A stretch of 64,000 bases of DNA from Podarcis vaucheri (taxonomy: Eukaryota): assembly GCA_965113315.1 (NCBI GenBank), contig OZ220368.1; one strand, given 5' to 3'. The notes beneath the pieces are model-generated. The model was not told the DNA's origin. It was given only the letters and a program-made list of their open reading frames with translations, and did no database searches. Positions 1-14,366 of the stretch are shown here, piece after piece (position 1 is the first letter of the stretch; each line of letters opens with the position of its first letter). The position numbers and the translations under genes are program-made.

Positions 1-1502
1 ATTGCCATCTAAAATAATTTACTTCTAAAAAATGCATCATCATCTTCAATACCTACACAAGCCAACAGAAATGCCAAATCATAGTAAAAATAAATTTCAA
101 TGAATTAAGCCAAGACCCTTTAGATACCACGTAAGTTGAATATGTTATTTAAAGGCAACATTATTAAATACTACTTTGTTCTGCTATAAGGTGTTTATCT
201 CTCAAGAGGCTTTCCTTTCTGCAGGCAGCGAACACAAAAGCTAGAGAACTGCTGCAAAATTAGAACTGCAGAAGGTATTCCTTTAATAGCTGCAGTTTTC
301 TACTGCAGATTTTATCCTTTATCTGCATCATGATACACAATACAGCTGCTACTTTTTGAAGAATGCATGTGATGTGGTCTGTTTGTATTAACAATTAATT
401 AGTTTGCTCTCAAGAATACGTTAAGAATATCTCCTCTTTTTGTGTGGAGCTGTAAAAAATTATTAATGATGCTTAATGCAGCTACTAAAAAGCCACATGA
501 CAGCAGAGTCATTAAGACACCATAGCAGAGGATAAACATATACACAATTTGGAGCGTAAGGTTTATCACTGGAACTATTTGAGGAATACTTTGCCAGAAT
601 ATTAGGATCCTCAGTACTAAATAATAGTGCTGAAGATAAACCACCACAACAGTTTGCAGTTCACAAAAACTAAGTAAAGAATAGCATGAATCAATCTAAT
701 TTCTACAACTGAATTCTCACTGTTTCAAGTAAAGCATTTTATCTGCAACTCATCTGACACTGAAAAGTAAAGAAAAATATCAGATGTCACAAGCAGAGTA
801 AATTACAATTTAAAGGAAAGATGATAACCAAAAAAAATGGGAGCATTTTATTTAAAAAGACCATTTATTAGGAATTTCAAAAGGAATTAATGAAAAATAC
901 AGTACCTTACCCTTTCTACTGGTGAACCATAGCATGCAATGACGAAACATAGCAGTAACAGATGGCATTGGAGTTGTAAATATGAATAAAAAGATAAAAT
1001 AGCAGGAAAATGATGTTTGGCAGACAAGAACAAAGAAATAGAGATGAAATGAATGAGAACTTGTAGATCCTGAAGCAAAAATCCACCTTTAAATCTGCTC
1101 CCTCTGGTCTCCTCACATATTCAAGCCTTTAAGTTCAATATCAACAAAAGCTGCAACCTCACGCGATCTCGTGGCTTTCTCCATGCAGAAAGGCACAACA
1201 GAACATCTTGATAATAAAGATCGGTGGTGCTTTTTTTGCAAGCAAAACCCATCAACGAAAGCCCATTATTCTCTCCCCCCGACTGATATATCCTTTAAAT
1301 TTTTAATCTCCAGATCCTGCCAAAGCTACCGTCCTTTCTAGCACATATGTATACACTGCAGATATAAATCCCTGCCTAACCCACAGTGCTCCTGACTCCA
1401 GAATGTTCCCTGTACATTGATTCATGCAGTTCTGATTATAAAATGCTTAAAATTAGCTCACTGAACTGTAATTCAATATAATTTTCTGTGATTTATTCTA
1501 AT

Positions 1503-1642
1503 NNNNNNNNNNNNNNNNNNNNNNNNNNNNNNNNNNNNNNNNNNNNNNNNNNNNNNNNNNNNNNNNNNNNNNNNNNNNNNNNNNNNNNNNNNNNNNNNNN
1601 NNNNNNNNNNNNNNNNNNNNNNNNNNNNNNNNNNNNNNNNNN
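1503..1642. other. Assembly gap (140 N)
   Basis: Run of N. Confidence 1.
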
Positions 1643-2519
1643 GAGCAGTGACATCAGCAGCATGCAGTCTATTGCTACACGACCAGAATGCAAAATTCAT
1701 GAACAAATTTTTGCAAGGCTTCCAGAGTCAATACTTAAATTAAATTAAATGAGGAATTTACAAAAACAGTTTTATTCCTTCTTTAGTGAAAGCCCCATGT
1801 GCATTGCTTTTTCATAAGAGGATAAGGAATTTTGCACTTTAAAAACTTGCATTCTATAAAGGAAACAAATTTACAATTAAAGAAAGCCTCTGGGAATTTC
1901 TGCTATTCAATCTATAAAACAGAGCTATGAGTGCCTATATAATCATCCATATCAGTGCAATGCCTTTATTAGGCCAACCAAAATATCACACAGCTTTCAT
2001 GTGCAAGCTTTTTAGTTCTCAATAGCTCTTCATAAGACTCTTCATCAGCCTGGAAAATACCAAGCTTGCACACTACTTTTGAGACATTTTGACTGGTGTA
2101 ATAAAAGTATTTATTTAAGATGGAACGTTTAATATTAGTCAACACTGTTATTGTTACCTTTTGCATAAAATCATGCAGCTCCATGTACCTGAGAACACCA
2201 TCGTGTATAAATTTCAAAAAAGAATTTACATTGCAATGTAAGGCAATTGTGCTGAGAGGTTCTACAAAGTTCTATCGTGTTCTTCCATACTATTGAACAT
2301 CTATTATAGGCTTGCAGAACTGAACCCCTCCCATCCATTAGCAGATGTCATGAGTGACATCAGCCAATTGACAAGTAGGCTTGGTTTGAGGGGAATGGCC
2401 TTACTGGCTAACCTGGAACCCCTGAGGGACCAAGACTGACCCATGGGCTGGAGGTTTCCCACTCCTGATCTATATGATGCTTCTGGGGAAGGTTATCAGC
2501 AGGGTTGAAGTGCTGTGAG

Positions 2520-4200
2520 GATGGAAGCAGTGTCAGCAATATGAAGATGACAATGCATAAGATCCCTATTTTCTAAACTAGGTGAAGTTGTACAGTTGAT
2601 GGACTATTGCCTGGAGGCAGTAATGGGCCAATAAATTGAAACTGAATCCTGACAAGATGGCGATACTATGGGTTACTTATTCTCAGGTCCAGAAATTTGG
2701 TAGATGGCCTGTTCTGGACAGGATTGTACTCCCCTTGAAAGAACAGATATAGAGTTGGTCTTGGATCTGCTTTGGCATTGGAGCTCCAAGTGTTCTCTAT
2801 AGCTAGGGGTGTTTTTCTGCAATAGTGGTTCTCAAGCTACAGCCACTCTTGGACTGTGATAGCTTTACCACAGTGCCCCACGCTCTGGTAACCTTCCAAT
2901 CAGATTACTGCAATGCACTCTATGTGCTTTAAAACCACCCTGTGATCGTCAGATGAAAGGTGGTATATAAATTTAATTAATAAATAATAATAAATAATGT
3001 GGGACTACCCTTGAAAATGGCTCGGAAGATCCGACCAGGGCTGGGTGATATCAGCTTTTCAACATTGCAGTGTATCACCAGCTAAACATTGTGAAATAAT
3101 AATACATCATCATGTTGAAAAGGAGGGAGCATTATTCTGTGCCGGGGTGAAGCCAAATCGCCTCAGCTCCTTCTGCTGCTAGCGCCCGGCGTGGAGGGAG
3201 GAGGAAGGAGCATTAGGCCCACAAAGTGCCGGGGTGAAGCCAAACTGCCACCGCTTGCTCGACCACATCACTAAAAAGGAGGCCACTTTTTGAAGGGAGA
3301 AAGGTGTTCACAAAACAATTCACCACCCACTTTACCATAAGGTATTCACTGCTCAGAGAGAAAGGAGGCAGCCAGAGAAGGTAAGGCGCCAGGCAGCAGG
3401 CAAGCCCCAACTGCAATATACCGCCAGGTATATTATGCTCTGGGCCTCAGACCTGTCCTGGATGATGTACTGATACATCACCCAGGCCTAGCTGCAACAA
3501 GTGCAGAATACAGCTGCCAGGTTGTTGAATAGTATAGCTAGTTAGAACTAGGTAAAGGTAAAGTGACCCCTGACCATTAGGTCCAGTCATGGCCGACTCT
3601 GGGGTTGCGGCGCTCATCTCGCTTTATTGGCCAAGGGAGCCAGCGTACAGCTTCCGGGTCATGTGGCCAGGATGACTAAGCTGCTTCAGACAAACCAGAG
3701 CAGTGCATGGAAACGCTGTTTACCTTTCCGCCAGAGCGGTACCTATTTATCTACTTGCACTTTGAGGTGCTTTCAAACTGCTAGGTTGGCAGGAGCAGGG
3801 ACTGAGCTACGGGAGCTCACCCCGTCATGGGGATTCGAACCGCCGACCTTCTGATCGGCAAGTCCTAGGCTCTGTGGTTTAACCCACAGCACCACTCGCA
3901 TCCCTTAGTTAGAACTACATAACACCAATTATGAAGATCCTTCTCTGGTTGCCTATACATTTCTGAGCCCAATTTAAGTTGTTGAAGCTAACATATTTGG
4001 ACTGGGAGACCAAATCTTTTCTCTCTTTTACTGCACTTTAAGATTACTGGAGGGATCCTTCCTGTTGTTCTACCATTGTGAAAGTACATCTATGGTGGAA
4101 CCCATCTCTGGAATGCCCTCCACTCAAAGGTGCATCTGGCACAAACATTACTTAGTTTTCATTTCCAGGTAAAGATGCCTCTTTGCTCTGAAGCTTTAGG
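2520..4200 (+). mobile_element. Decayed L2 LINE interrupted by a SINE and a DNA-transposon-like insert (~3036-3490)
   Basis: Remnant motifs (gattactgcaatgcactctatgt, gggactacccttgaaa, caagtgcagaatacagctgcc); the insert has inverted ends cagggctgggtgata...catcacccaggcct. Confidence 0.6.
3551..3904 (-). mobile_element. Sauria (Squam1) SINE
   Basis: tRNA-like head, (ACCTTT)n tail, 12-bp TSD tagttagaacta (3539-3550 / 3906-3917). Confidence 0.93.
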
Positions 4201-5872
4201 TGAAGGCTACTGGCTGACCAGTTATTATTTGAGTATATTTGCATGCTGTATTACAAATTGATTTAGTGAATACGATGGGTGTGGACTCGTTCTGTTTTAT
4301 GTTGGCATTTATTGTAACCCACCCAAGGATCAGTACAATGAAAGGTGGACTTATAAAAAGGAGGAACTATAAAAATAAACATCATCTCTCATTATGTACT
4401 CTAGGCTACAAATGCACAGCAGCAGAAACATCTCCTATAAAGCTATCCTTAACTCTCGGGTCCCAGAGAAGTGAAAACAGGGAATATATTTTCCATGGAA
4501 TAGGGAGGCAGAATGGGTACTATCTTCCTTGCAATTCCATGCAATAAGGTCTAAAAAAAGTTGCAACGGTGCCAAGAGGGTGGCAGGTGTAATATGACAG
4601 GTGCAAAAAAGATGAGTGACTGCCCTCTCAGTTGCAAGGCTGCTCAACCTCCAAAAGCAGGTTGAACTATCATCTGTGCCTGCAGGAAATTGATATAAAT
4701 CATTCAGTACAGGCTCACAGGCTCGACACATAACCCACATTCTGCCACAAGAGTAATGGCAATCAGTGCATGGATAGTGCATGATGCAGCTTACAGAAGG
4801 ACAGAGAAAAACGTACCCACAAGTTGTACAAGAGATGAAAGGTCCTGGTTTGTGGGTATCTCATAGGCATTTGGTTAGCCATTGTGTGAACAGGATGTTA
4901 AGACTAGATTAGCCATTGGCCTGATCCAGCAGAGATTAATGTTCTTATGTGCTTACACACTATTATGTTCTAGTTATGGAACAGTATTTATCGAGGGGGG
5001 GGGCACTTCACATTATTCAGAATGAGAAGATTTCACATCAAAATCCACTGACAATTGAAAGACTGGACTTATTTCCATTTATTTTTTCTAATATTTCCCA
5101 CATGTTTCATTTTAAATACATTAACAGTCCAGTCTGCAAGTCCATTTTTATCACTCCTGGGGCTTACTCCTAAGTGCATATAAGACTGCAGCCTAAGGCA
5201 CTTCTATACACACTTACTTGGGAATAAGCCCCACCAACGTACTTGAACTTATTTTCAAGTAAGCATGCACAAGACTGAGCCACAGAATGCTCAACATCAA
5301 AAGGCTATATTTTGATCATACTGTGTACAGATTAATTCCCTAGGGTCCAAGAGCTTTTCTTGTTATTCCCCAGTTGTGCCTTGAGAAAAAATGATCCTAC
5401 CTCCTGAATTGTTTAAGCAAAATCTCCCTTTGGATTTTAAGATCAAATTCAGTGGGTAAGATCAGATTTTTGCAAGGCACAACCATGGAAAATGAGAAAA
5501 GCTCTCAGACTCAGGGAATTAATTAGTCCACAAGACAATCAAAATATGGGTCAAATGAAAGTATGGAGAAGTCTTTGAGCTACAACTAAGGTCACTATTG
5601 TAAATTATTTAACTGTGACAACTGAATATTTTGCAGCAAGAAATTAGATCTTAAACTACAATATGGAACTGCAATATGGAATCTGTTTTATTGTATGTGA
5701 AAGGCTATTTTTACAATGTATGCACATCAGGAATTCTGAAAAGCCATATTGCAACAAATGACAAAAAAGCATTTTGCTGTTCCATTTCCAAGATACACAC
5801 AGGTGACTTACCAAATTCCAGAGATGGTTAGGCCTTAATTACATTAGCACCCAAATTACTTGCTATTTACTA

Positions 5873-5934
5873 CAGTTTCAGGTTAAGAACGGACCTCCAG
5901 AACGAATTAAGTTCTTAACCTGAGGTACCTACTG
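5873..5934. mobile_element. Truncated family B MITE end
   Basis: Reverse complement of the left end of the 26236/34806 elements. Confidence 0.7.
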
Positions 5935-7422
5935 TATACCATTGTATTTTAAAACTGCTTGAAAATATAATTATGACCTAACATGCTCTTGACAAAAATA
6001 AAAAGCTTCTACCATGTCCTTTTTGGGATTCATAATTTTACAAAAAGCTAACATATGCTCAGGACAGAGACAAAACTAATTTAATATCAGCTATAAAACA
6101 AACTGTTTAAGTAATCCACACAACTTTTCCCTTTGTTAAAAACCAACTTCCAAAATCAGACTATTTGGACCTAAGATCTTCCAATAAGCTAACATGAATT
6201 ACAAACTATTACAGTAAAGGCATGTACAAAACACAGCTATCATATATAACTTCTATCCTATAATATTGAACGAAGCTGAAACTCCCCATCCCTGAGCCCT
6301 CTAGTCTGGTGCTGCTGCTGCTGCTTATGCCAGATCACGCCATAAGAAAACCATGCTCATTCACAATTTGATTGGGACAAGCGGGCTGATCCGGCTTGCA
6401 TTACTGAGACTTAGGTGGATGAGCTAGATGGGCCTTGACCTTACCTAGGGCTGGGCAATGTATCACCCAAAACCAGCTTCAAGTCCATATGACCTGGCTA
6501 TATATCACAAATCATAATATGTGTGCGTGCGCGTGCGCGCGCTATGCAAAAATCACAATGTGGGAAAAACTGTGAAGCCAGTCAATGCTTCTCTCCATTC
6601 CTGCAGTCCCTGTTAACTCTGCCGGCTCAGCAGAGTCTGGTACAAAAAGGCAGAATGCTCAAAAGCTCTTTCTACAGTGGGAAAACCCAGTGCAGAAAGA
6701 GTTTTTAAGCTCTCAGACTTGCTAAAGACTGAGAGTTCTCAGGTTCTGGGAAGGTCTCATGTGGGCTCTGGTAGGCTGTCACAAGATCTTGGATAGCTCC
6801 ACAAGATCTTGCAGGAGCTTCCCAGAGCCTGCACGAGAGTCTGGTAAGCAAGTGTGAGAGCTTAAAAGCTCATTCCGCAATGGAAAAACCTGGCACAGAA
6901 AGTGTTTTTAAGCTCTCCACCTTGCATGTGTTTAATTTGTGTGATTTCTGCTGGCAAGTTGCAAGTCAACTGTATACGTACACGCACAAACATACATATC
7001 TTAATTCAGTCCAACATCTAGCATAAATGGCTGTCAACTACCAATAAAACCTGAAAACAGCCAATAACTCAAAGGGACAACTGTGCAGTGATGCCAAAGA
7101 CAACTTGAGAAGCCTGAAATGTCAAGCTAACATCACCACCATAGGTTTTTTAGTCGATTTTGAACAAAAACACAAACAGAACAGTCATAAAATGGGCAGC
7201 AACCTGCCTCAATTCCAATCTTAAAGGCATATAGACCTCAAAGAATTTTGTAATGAAGAAAATATAGATTGCATTTAAGATATGGAAGGAAAATATAATT
7301 TGTTCTCGTCTTTAATTGATCACTGACAGAACAAAACAAAAACCATCTCAGAGGCTAGCAAAGTGTTTGTCAAGTATATCACACAGCACACATCTAAGAG
7401 ATGTATAAAAACAGATACTTAC

Positions 7423-7473
7423 CCTCAATCTAACACAGCCTCTGCGTGATCCCCGCATCATCTTATCCTTTGA
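7423..7473 (-). CDS. OSBPL9: OSBPL9 coding exon 2
   Basis: tttcag|TCAAAGGATAAGATG...TTGAGG|gtaagt; 51 nt encoding SKDKMMRGSRRGCVRLR, phase 0 with exon 1. Exon 3 was not found in the window. Confidence 0.96.
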
Positions 7474-7546
7474 CTGAAATAGAAAAATAAGTCAGCTAAA
7501 TTAAAATTTCACCACTGCAAATGCTTCAAAATTGTTCATACTCTTT

Positions 7547-7602
7547 GGGGGTTGGACTCGATGGCCCTTGTGGTCTCTTCCAACTCTATGATTCTATGAT
7601 TC
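7547..7602 (+). mobile_element. CR1 3' terminal fragment
   Basis: ggggttggactcgatggcccttgtggtctcttccaactctatgattctatgattc matches the 3' end of the large CR1. Confidence 0.85.
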
Positions 7603-9611
7603 TTGTTATCTACACACCAACTGTCTTGTGATTCCTCACAATATGTACACATGTAAAAATGAAAGGTATCTACTTAACCCATAAGATTTACCACAGATAT
7701 GAGGCACTCAGATTGTGTATGCTACATTTTATCATGTAAGTGCCTCATAAAGATCTATTGAGCAGAAAAGTGGCTCCAAAATAGTAATTTCTTACTCTTC
7801 TCCAAGGAAAGACGTTAAGAAGAAACTAAAGAGTACAAATAAGTGGTTCCATAGCCCACTCTCGTGATAATGACTATAAACTCCTCCCAGTCCCGCTTGC
7901 ATGCATCCTTACAGAGCAGGAGTCAAGCTACCTAACACCTCACCATTATGCCTCTACTTTTTTATTAGTCCATCTGTAATCCACCCCATTTGTTGTTTAA
8001 TAATTATGGGTTCTCCTAAAACCAGATTCTGCTGCCCTATAACCCACTAGATACCATAAAAATGCCCCAAAATGACACTAGCCCAGTTCCCATGCAACTT
8101 TAAATGAATGGATTAGCAGTATGTATAAACCTTGCCTAGTAGTTTAACTATTGTTTGTTTACTGCCAACAAGCCACAATAGGAAGCCATTGTTTGCTAAA
8201 TGGCTTACAAACCTTGGTTTGCTTTAACTATGGCTTAGCATTATATGGGAACCCAGCACCATGGTTTGCTTGATGATCCCACCCCAGAAACTCACCAAAT
8301 TATAAGCGCATAAGGCATTAACAGCTGGAAAACAAATGCTGGAGAAACAATACATGGGTTGTTTGATTGTCTGTGGAACAACATGGGGTTAATTTATGGT
8401 TTGATAAACAATCCACAGCTTAAACAAACCACAGTTTATGTGTGAACTAAGCTGCTGGCTCAATTTGCATGTCACAGTAAACCACATTTAATAGTTTACC
8501 ATGAACATGCCTTTCTTAGCTGTTTGTCTCCTGTCTGCTATTGCTCAAAAGAAACCAACAGCTCAGAAAAGTTAAATCATAGTTTACTGTGATATTCTAG
8601 TAAGGCCACTCTAGTTTGAAAGCTACAGGAAAAACATTTGTCTGTCAGCGGAAAAATTAGTAATCAGCCACAGAATCCAGGACTGGGGAATAAAGATGCT
8701 TAGCAGCCTTTTGTTCTAAGTCGCAACTAGGCTAACAGACTGAAACAAAACTAGACAGAACAATATGTTCCACCACACAGAAGACTGCAAACTCAAAAGC
8801 AATAATCAAGAAGAGGGCCTCCCTTATTTGTGTTTAAGAATTCAAAAAGCAAACTAGGCTATTTAGCTCTAAGGGCAGAGGCATATGACAATCTATTCAA
8901 CAGAGGGAGTAAAAACCGAGGTAAGATGCAAGCTGCCATTTCAAACAATTTTTTCTTTACTTAAAAAGTGGTCTCAGTTATTTCCCTTCCGATTAAACCT
9001 GCAAATAAAAGTTTAAGGCTGTTCTCATAGAAGCCAGAGCTCATTTTGATAAAATGTATTCTAAGGAAGACTCATGCCTCTGTTCAAGTGTTTTGCAAGC
9101 AAGCTTGGCAACAACAGCACCATGCCATCATACATTTTATTTACTGCAAGTGTGCTAAGTTCTGTACACAACACCAGTGCTTATGCCCAGAGGATTTAGA
9201 CCTGGTTCTCACAAACAGCAGATGGAGTCATAAAACCTATAGTAAGCTGCCTCACTTCAAACTGAAGTTAAGGATTCATGTAACTGAATGCTTTTTTATC
9301 TAGTTCCCCGTCTAGCACATTGAAAAGTGGGTATCAGTGAGAAGAGTTGTAGCCTAGCCTCTTCTACATGCAGGGACCCTTTTTGTGAAGCAGCAACCCT
9401 TTTCTGCGAAGACTTACAGTCCGAAATGATATGGCTGAACACTGACCACTTCACCTGCTATCTGTCAGAACTAACTAGCCTTAGATTAATAGGATATGAG
9501 GAAGAAGCAACAAGAGGTGACCACTGATGTATAGAAATAGCTGTATTTCCTCACCTTCTGCTACCATACTATCTGTCCTCCTAGATCATATGTATTATTC
9601 TTATTACATAT

Positions 9612-10680
9612 TGAATTTATACACCGCCCTATACCCGGAGGTCTCAGGACGGTTCACAGAATAAAGTCAAAATATAAAACCATAAAATACATAAAATGAA
9701 AACAATCCAATAGCAACCCCCCCCCCAAAAAAAACACATTTTAAAAGGGCATAGGATGTAAATCAAATCAACCAAAGGCCTGGTTAAGAAGGAACGTTTT
9801 TGCCTGGTGCCTAAACGTGTATAATGAAGGTACCAGGTGAACTTCCCTGCACATTCCATAGATGGGGAGCCACTGCAGAGAAAGCACGTTCTCATGTTGC
9901 CACCCTCCTGACCTCTAGAGGAGGAGGCACACAAAGAAGGGCATCAGAAGATGATCTCAGGGTCCGGGTAGGTTCATACAGAAAGAGGCGGTCCTTGAGT
10001 TATTGCGGTCCTGAGCCATTTAAGGCTTTATAGGTCAAAACCAGCACTTTGAAATGGGTCTGAAATTGGTAGCCAGTGAAGCTGGACCAGGAGCAGCATA
10101 ATATGCGCAAACCGTCTTGCTCCAGTGAGCAACCTGGCCGCTGAATTCTGCACTAGCTGAAGTTTCCGAACCGTCTTCAGAGGCAGCCCTATGTATAATG
10201 CATTGCAGTAATCTAACCTTGAGGTTACCAGAGCATATACAACAGTAATTAGGCTATCCCTGTCCAGATAGGGGCATAGCTGGGCCACCAGCCAAAGCTG
10301 ATGGAAGGTACTCCGGGCCACTGAGGCCACCTGAGCCTTGAGCGACAGGAAAGGATCTAGGAGTACCCCCAAACTACGAACCTGCTCCTTCAGAGGAAGT
10401 GTAACCCCATCAAGAACTGGCGATCTCCCACCCATCTGGCCTAGGGAATCACCCACTAACAGTGCCTCAGTCTTATCTGGACTGAGTTTCAGTTTGTTGG
10501 CTCTCATCCAGTCCATTACTGAAGCAAGACACTGGTCCAGCACTTCCACTGTCTCACCTGCAGATTTAAAGGAGAAATAGAGCTGAGTGTCATCAGCATA
10601 CTGCTGACAACGTACTTCAAACCTCTGGATAACCCCATCCAGTGGTTTCATGTATGTTTTTCCAAACAGGCACCTTATCC
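9612..10680 (-). mobile_element. L2-clade LINE 3' fragment
   Basis: 220-aa ORF with QYADDTQLY, SRLDYCNALY and LQLVQNSAARL motifs; L2-type 3' tail. Confidence 0.88.
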
Positions 10681-11381
10681 TTACACACATACGTTAAGAA
10701 AGATAACATCTAAAATAGGTCTGTAATAGTCAATCAATGAATCTAACCAATTGTTTAAAGACGTGTAGATGGCTTTTTATAGAGCACTCAATTAACTGGG
10801 CATCATTTCAGAGGGGTGTTTATTCAAGCACGTACAGTATAGGCTCAGACCTGGCTGAACAGTTTGGGCAGTCTATGCAACTAATAAGACAGTTGCTGTG
10901 AAAGTTAGAGAACAAATACCACTCTTCTTGTGGGTGTCAGTATCCAGAATGCCTGTGGCTGACAGCAAACTGCTGCTTCTTCAGTCAACTTACACTACAT
11001 GAACTTCATTCCTTTGGTTAATGTGAGAAGCCCCAGCCTTCCCACCCTTGGAGAACCATCACTGCATTTGCACAAAGATCCTATTTAGCACCAAGGTTTG
11101 GAGGAAGGCTGGCATTATATAACCAGTGCATTGCCAAGGAACTCAGAGAACTTCAGAAGTACTATCAGGCATACAAGCCCCTGCAGTTCTTCCCACTTCC
11201 CAACTTAGAGCTGGAGAGTAGAACAAGGAATTGCTCATAAGAAGACGCTAAGTCAAGGATCAATGGAGAGGCAGGGCTCTCGCAACTAGTTTTTGACTTG
11301 ATTGCCATGATCAAATAACTGTTTGAGATGAGGTTTTAGAAATAAGAAAGAAAATATGCGAAATGAGTGAATAATCTAAAG

Positions 11382-11513
11382 CAGGCATAGGCAAACTCAG
11401 CCCTCCAGATGTTTTGGGACTACAACTCCCATCATCCCTAGCTAACAGGACCAGTGGTCAGGGATGATGGGAATTGTAGTCCCAAAACATCTGGAGGGCA
11501 GAGTTTGCCTATG
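11382..11513. mobile_element. hAT MITE (fully palindromic)
   Basis: caggcataggcaaactc...gggactacaactcccatcatccct / agggatgatgggaattgtagtccc...gagtttgcctatg. Confidence 0.85.
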
Positions 11514-12800
11514 AAAGCATTTACCAAGTAAGTGTAAATACTAGATGAAGGTTGCTATCTTGACAGAAATAAGCTAACATGGAAGCAGTTTCAGAATCTA
11601 ATCTACTGCCTGGGATTTTTCCACTGCATTGACATGAAGAGGAAACTCAAAAACCATGGGCCTAAAATTCCCAAGCCAATAAAGGAGGAGAATCTCATAT
11701 TTTGTCTCCATCTTGTGGATACTCAAAGCAATAGCAGCAGTTCTATCTAGTCCTCTTGTGCAATATATTTCTGTAAAATAGCAAATAGAATTCATAACAT
11801 CAATGAAGAGTGACTATATACTAATATAGGCATACACTGCATATTTATAAAGGCAAACCTCTTTAAAAGCTAAACCACAAAAATCCATTTTAAAAGCACA
11901 GAAGGACCTAATTCAACCCAACAGAAGGGGATCAGAGGATGGGAACAGGAAAGATTTCTCTAGAAAGAGAAAGTAAGTTGACTACTGAACTATAATACTG
12001 TATAGATCTGCAAATATGTCTTATTGAGCAACCCTTGAGAATAAATTTCAAGTAAAAACAAACCATCTTAACTTACTATGGCTGCAATGTTATATTCACT
12101 TGCCTTGAGTAAGGCCCTTCTGAACTTAGTTGACTCCCTCAGTGTTTGCCATAAATTACCAAATGATTAAAGCACTGTTTGTGAATATCTTCCCATCTGC
12201 ATTATTGAGCAATAGCAATATATTTACTGCAGTATTAACTTTTCCAGATAATGCCAGGCTTGTGAGAGGTAGAGAAAAAGATTAAGACAATATACAACTT
12301 CATGCTTAATGTCACAATCATAGGCCTGTCAGGATAGGTTTTTTTTAATTTGTTATTTTCAAGCGCACCTTTTGAGACCTGAACCAAGAGGTCAGTAAAG
12401 AATTCCCAGAACTAGCCATGTCCTAAGCTATAATTGAGAAAGAAGAGATTTCAATACAGGCACTGATAACCCACATCTCTGTTAATGATGAAGGGTTAAT
12501 TTAGCATTTTTAAATAACTGCAAACTTATCTCTGTTTTTCTGCTCACTTTTTTATCTTTCATGAGCTCATAGATCATTTGAATACATTAAAGTTTAGTTG
12601 TTTTTCAGGTCTCTGATATGACATGTTTAAGAGCCTTGCTGGATTGGGCCAAAGACTGATATAATCCAGAACTCTTTTCTCACAGTGGCCAATGTCAGGG
12701 ACTGGATAGACGCCAGAGGGCACTGAGGGATGAGCAGCTGGATGCTGCCACTGCCCAGAGCCCGAGGCCTCTTTCCTTTCTTCCCTCTTACTCGGTTGCC

Positions 12801-12805
<5 letters not shown>

Positions 12806-12836
<31 letters not shown>
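12806..12836. repeat. (CT)n microsatellite
   Basis: Direct read. Confidence 0.95.
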
Positions 12837-12842
<6 letters not shown>

Positions 12843-14012
12843 CCTCTCCCCACCCCCCCCACCTCGCTTCTCTCTTACTCCCTCAGCCTCACGGCCTCTC
12901 CCTCTTTCCCTCCCAGGGGGGATTTTGTCACACACCCCTAGGCGTGACACCTGGGGCGCACCGCCCCCCCGCCTCCCCTTGTGACGCCCCTTACAACCTC
13001 TTTTTGTTTTAACCAACTTGTTCAAATTTGGTAACATCAGCAAGCATGGCTACTGCACCCCTAAGTCAAGTAACCCTAGGGCTACTAAATTAGGTTAAAC
13101 AGCACAGATCCCCATACCAAGCATGGGACTCCACCTTCTATATCCCTGCACTGAGAACACTGTTTATTCCCACTCTCTGCTTCCTGTTTCTCAACTGGTT
13201 ACCAATCCATATAAGGACCTTTTCTCTCATTCCATGACTATTAAGCTTACTTGGGAGTCTTTGATGAGAAACTTTAACAAAAGCTTTTGAAAAGCTTTCC
13301 TAGAACAGTCATTAAGCTAATTAGCCAGTAATTTTCCAGATCCTCACTGAATATTTTTTTTAATAGAAAAGTTGATGTTACAGTGGCCTCTTTTCAATAT
13401 TCAGTAACGGAGGCTGATCTTAAGTCAAGTTACAGTTGGTGCAGAGTTATGCAGAACGTAACAAGTTTGATTCTCAGGACCAAAGTACACATTATTCAGA
13501 AGATCTATGACTGAATCTTATGCATAGGGCAGGCGATTTGATCAGAACAGTGGAGGGGGCAGGATAATGTTTAACCCTTTTCCATGCAGTTATCTGAGTT
13601 AAAGTTTCCCTGCAATATGTTCACCCCATAGGGTAAAATCACACTCACACAAGCATCAGCTTGGAGGAGCAATTTGCCTGGAACTTACATGGAGCAGGCA
13701 GTGTTGAACATACAGTAGGGCTGCTTCTATGATCATATTGGCAGTTTTCCATGGTTGTACAGTGTTTCAGTTAAAAAACAACAACACGCACACACCAGAA
13801 AAGCCAATCATAGATCTCCTACATCACATGAAATTTTATCTTCAACAGCTGGAGTTAAACAGAGACAAGAAGTCTGACCCCACCCCAATGTGCCTCTGCA
13901 TTCAGAACAGGAAACACAGACTTAGACCATGCAATCTACAAGATTCTGCAACACAAACTACCCATCATAATGACGAGCATTTCCCTATCACTGTGAACTA
14001 TCACAATAAGAG

Positions 14013-14157
14013 TATCATAGAATCATAGGAGGGTTGAAAGGGACCATGAGGGTCATCTAGTCCAACCTCCTACAATGAAGGAATATTTTGCCCACCAGGC
14101 AGTTCAAACCGACTCTGAGATTAAGAGTCTCATGCTCTCATGACTGAGCTATCCCAG
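14013..14157 (-). mobile_element. tRNA(Lys)-derived SINE with CR1-type tail
   Basis: Minus strand: tagctcagtc...gagactcttaatctcag tRNA-like head, then ggttggactagatgaccctc...attctatgat CR1 tail; degraded. Confidence 0.7.
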
Positions 14158-14366
14158 TTACACTAGTAGTTACACGGAGGCAATGTGGCCCATATGGCTA
14201 CATACAAAGGAAAAGCACGAGAGATAGGAGTTGGAAGACAGGGGGAGAGGGTATCCTCCATATACTATCCTATCAGGTCCATACTTCTCACATTTTGCAA
14301 GCAGTAGCAATAAACCTTAGCTGTCAACACTATACAGTAATTACGGTACACTACAGCACTTAATTA

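Noticed and set aside
1473-1748. ORFs containing X runs
   Set aside because: They span the N gap.
3627-3854. Recurrent ORF ending GFEPPTF (also at 14417 and 21411)
   Set aside because: Antisense translation of Sauria SINE copies, not a gene family.
14090-14157. tRNA-Lys-like sequence
   Set aside because: Degenerate and fused to a CR1 tail, so it is a SINE head rather than a tRNA gene.
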